Below, one piece after another: positions 62,088 through 64,000 of a stretch of DNA of 64,000 bases. This DNA is from Puniceicoccales bacterium (GTDB taxonomy: Bacteria > Verrucomicrobiota > Verrucomicrobiia > Opitutales > UBA9783). The stretch spans positions 10,980-74,979 of the forward strand of contig JAITAV010000024.1 of NCBI GenBank assembly GCA_031283895.1, in the 5' to 3' direction. The first letter of the stretch is position 1. Each line of letters opens with the position of its first letter. Both the position numbers and the translations under genes were made by a program. The notes beneath the pieces were generated by a model, which did not search any database, had not been told where the DNA came from, and worked only from the letters and a program-made list of their open reading frames with translations.

Positions 62088-62969
62088 TCATAAGCTTTGA
62101 CTCGCCGTAATTTCCACAATTTCTTGCGTAATACTCGCCTGACGAGCCTTATTATACTCCAATTTTAAATTTTCAATTAAAGTTTCTGCATTGTCTGTGG
62201 CCGCTTTCATGGCTACCATACGTGCACTGTGTTCGGAAGCTTTTGCTTCCAGTAAAACCTGATAAAGCGTTTTTTTAAGGAACAGCAAAGGTAATTGTTC
62301 TAAAATCGTTTTACCATTAGGCTCAACAATAAAATCTCGATCGTTGTTTGCCAATTTAGACCCATCAATTCCCATCCAATGGTACAAATTTTTTAATTCT
62401 TCTTCGAGATTAACCATGGGCAACAGACGTCTTAGGGCCGGTTCTTGTACAAGTGTATTCTTAAAACGTGGGAACAAAACTTCTACGGTATCAATCTTCC
62501 GACTTTGATAGGCGTCCACGAGAAAATGAACAATTTCTTGTACCTGTTTAAAATGAAAGATATCGGGACATGTAAAATGTCCCAGTAAATCCGAACGATT
62601 GCGTGACATCACTTGTAAACCTTTTTGACCAACCACTATAAACCGTGTACAGGCGGGCAATTGCAGTGCTTCTTTCAGCAAATTTTGGTTTAGAGAACCG
62701 CACAAACCTTTATCGGCCATCACCAATAACACACCTCGGTAACGAATATCTCTGGCATTCAAAAATGGATGTTGGATGTCCTCCCAAGAGACTTGTTGCG
62801 TTAAAGCGTGCAACAGTTCGGCCAATTCGTACGCATACAAACGACTATGTAGAGCACCATCTTGCGCTTTCTTCATCTTGGAAGAAGCCACCAATTCCAT
62901 GGCACGCGTAATTTGAGCCGTATTTTTAATCGCCTTAATGCGTGTCCGAATTTCTCGCATGCCTTTCAT
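62088..62969 (-). CDS. atpG: F1 ATP synthase gamma subunit
   Basis: MKGMREIRTRIKAIKNTAQITRAMELVA and C-terminal ASITQEIVEI. ATG 62969 preferred over the ORF-track start 63026, which would overlap atpA. Confidence 0.9.
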   Translation of the reverse strand: MKGMREIRTRIKAIKNTAQITRAMELVASSKMKKAQDGALHSRLYAYELAELLHALTQQVSWEDIQHPFLNARDIRYRGVLLVMADKGLCGSLNQNLLKEALQLPACTRFIVVGQKGLQVMSRNRSDLLGHFTCPDIFHFKQVQEIVHFLVDAYQSRKIDTVEVLFPRFKNTLVQEPALRRLLPMVNLEEELKNLYHWMGIDGSKLANNDRDFIVEPNGKTILEQLPLLFLKKTLYQVLLEAKASEHSARMVAMKAATDNAETLIENLKLEYNKARQASITQEIVEITASQSL

Positions 62970-62973
62970 AGAA

Positions 62974-64000
62974 TCATGCTTTCGTTTGCTGCCAGTTGTT
63001 GAAAATTTGCTCCAATTGATTTGCAAGCGGTTCCGTCAATTCCTTTGTGGCGTGCAATTGACGCATCCAATCCTTTTGCAAATTCAAAAAGTGGTCATTC
63101 AAATGGGCAATAACATCGGGCATTTTTTCAATTTCAACCGCATCGAAATAGCCTTTTTGGATGGCCCACAAAATGGCCACTTGAAATGCAACATACCTAT
63201 CCTTATGAACCCCCTGCTTTAATATTTCGATGATACGTTTGCCGCGTTCCAGCTGATGTCGCGTTTTTGCGTCCAAATCGGATCCAAATTGCGTAAAAGC
63301 TTGCAATTCTTGATACTGAGCCATTTCGAGCTTCAATTGACCGGCAACTTTTTTTAATGCCTTAATCTGCGCTGCCGATCCAACGCGCGACACTGAAATG
63401 CCTACCGATATGGCCGGTCTTATGCCTTGGTTAAATAAATCTGTTTCTAAAAATAACTGGCCATCCGTGATAGAAATGACATTGGTCGGAATGTAAGCAG
63501 AAACGTCACCGGCTTGTGTTTCAATGATGGGCAAAGCGGTCAATGACCCATCCCCATAATCGGCATTTAATCTGGCAGAACGCTCCAATAGTCGGGAATG
63601 TAAATAAAATACATCACCCGGGAAAGCTTCACGTCCGGAAGGCCGTTTTAACACGAGTGAAATTTGGCGATATGCCACCGCATGCTTTGATAAATCATCG
63701 TATACAATGAGTGCATCCATGCCATTTTGCATAAAATATTCCCCCATGGCGGTCCCCGCATAAGGGGCGATGTATTGATTGGCTGCATTATCTGAAGCCG
63801 AAGCGGTCACAACAATGGTGTATTCCAAAGCGCCGAAATCTTCCAATACTTTGAGTGTACGTGCAATCGTCGCATTCTTCTGGCCAATCGCCACGTAAAT
63901 CGAATAAACGGGTCGAAAATGGGTGTCGCCACTTGCTAGACCTTCGTGGTTCAACTTCGCTTGGTGCAAAATGGTATCCAAAGCAAGCGTCGTTTTACCC
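62974..64000 (-). CDS. atpA: F1 ATP synthase alpha subunit, N-terminus beyond the window
   Basis: The frame is open to base 64000 (…[11 protein letters not shown] Walker A end). [36 protein letters not shown]. Confidence 0.95.
   Translation of the reverse strand, partial: GKTTLALDTILHQAKLNHEGLASGDTHFRPVYSIYVAIGQKNATIARTLKVLEDFGALEYTIVVTASASDNAANQYIAPYAGTAMGEYFMQNGMDALIVYDDLSKHAVAYRQISLVLKRPSGREAFPGDVFYLHSRLLERSARLNADYGDGSLTALPIIETQAGDVSAYIPTNVISITDGQLFLETDLFNQGIRPAISVGISVSRVGSAAQIKALKKVAGQLKLEMAQYQELQAFTQFGSDLDAKTRHQLERGKRIIEILKQGVHKDRYVAFQVAILWAIQKGYFDAVEIEKMPDVIAHLNDHFLNLQKDWMRQLHATKELTEPLANQLEQIFNNWQQTKA

Overview
AT-rich bacterial chromosomal window, annotated by eye from the sequence and ORF track; no GC value, alignment or database search was run. 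Bases ~2,800-40,500 form a mosaic surface-glycan region. It holds two initiating phosphoglycosyl transferases, Wzx- and Wzy-like proteins, rfbB-rfbA-(rfbC), ugd, and a UDP-GlcA-epimerase-like gene. It also holds an AsnB-like amidotransferase, two DegT aminotransferases, about six SAM methyltransferases, an MBOAT O-acyltransferase, several glycosyltransferases and a TagF-like transferase. The rest is mostly housekeeping: hppA, a pseudopilin, valS, tRNA-Phe, rnpB, a DnaQ-like exonuclease, rpsR, tsaC/sua5, glgA, eno and atpA-G-D-C. A tRNA-Met(CAU) lies at 2717-2793. Main leads: (1) a translationally coupled three-gene cassette (11353-15694) whose enzyme set and order match, from memory, the Campylobacter O-methyl-phosphoramidate donor pathway, here with a novel N-terminal fusion on the kinase. 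(2) An 11-copy heptanucleotide repeat inside the 5' end of a methyltransferase gene (30774-30850) that leaves the gene out of frame, a candidate phase-variation switch. (3) Two adjacent divergent orphan genes (50101-51612) that both end in the eukaryotic prenylation motif C-L-L-L, suggesting host-targeted effectors. (4) A pyruvate-dehydrogenase-E1-like alpha/beta pair without E2/E3 inside the glycan operon, suggesting a C2-branched sugar. (5) Six glycan-associated genes carry frameshifts, a nonsense codon or a duplication, while long housekeeping ORFs are intact. No CRISPR array, rRNA or clear mobile element was seen. Start codons were chosen by eye and may be off by a few codons.
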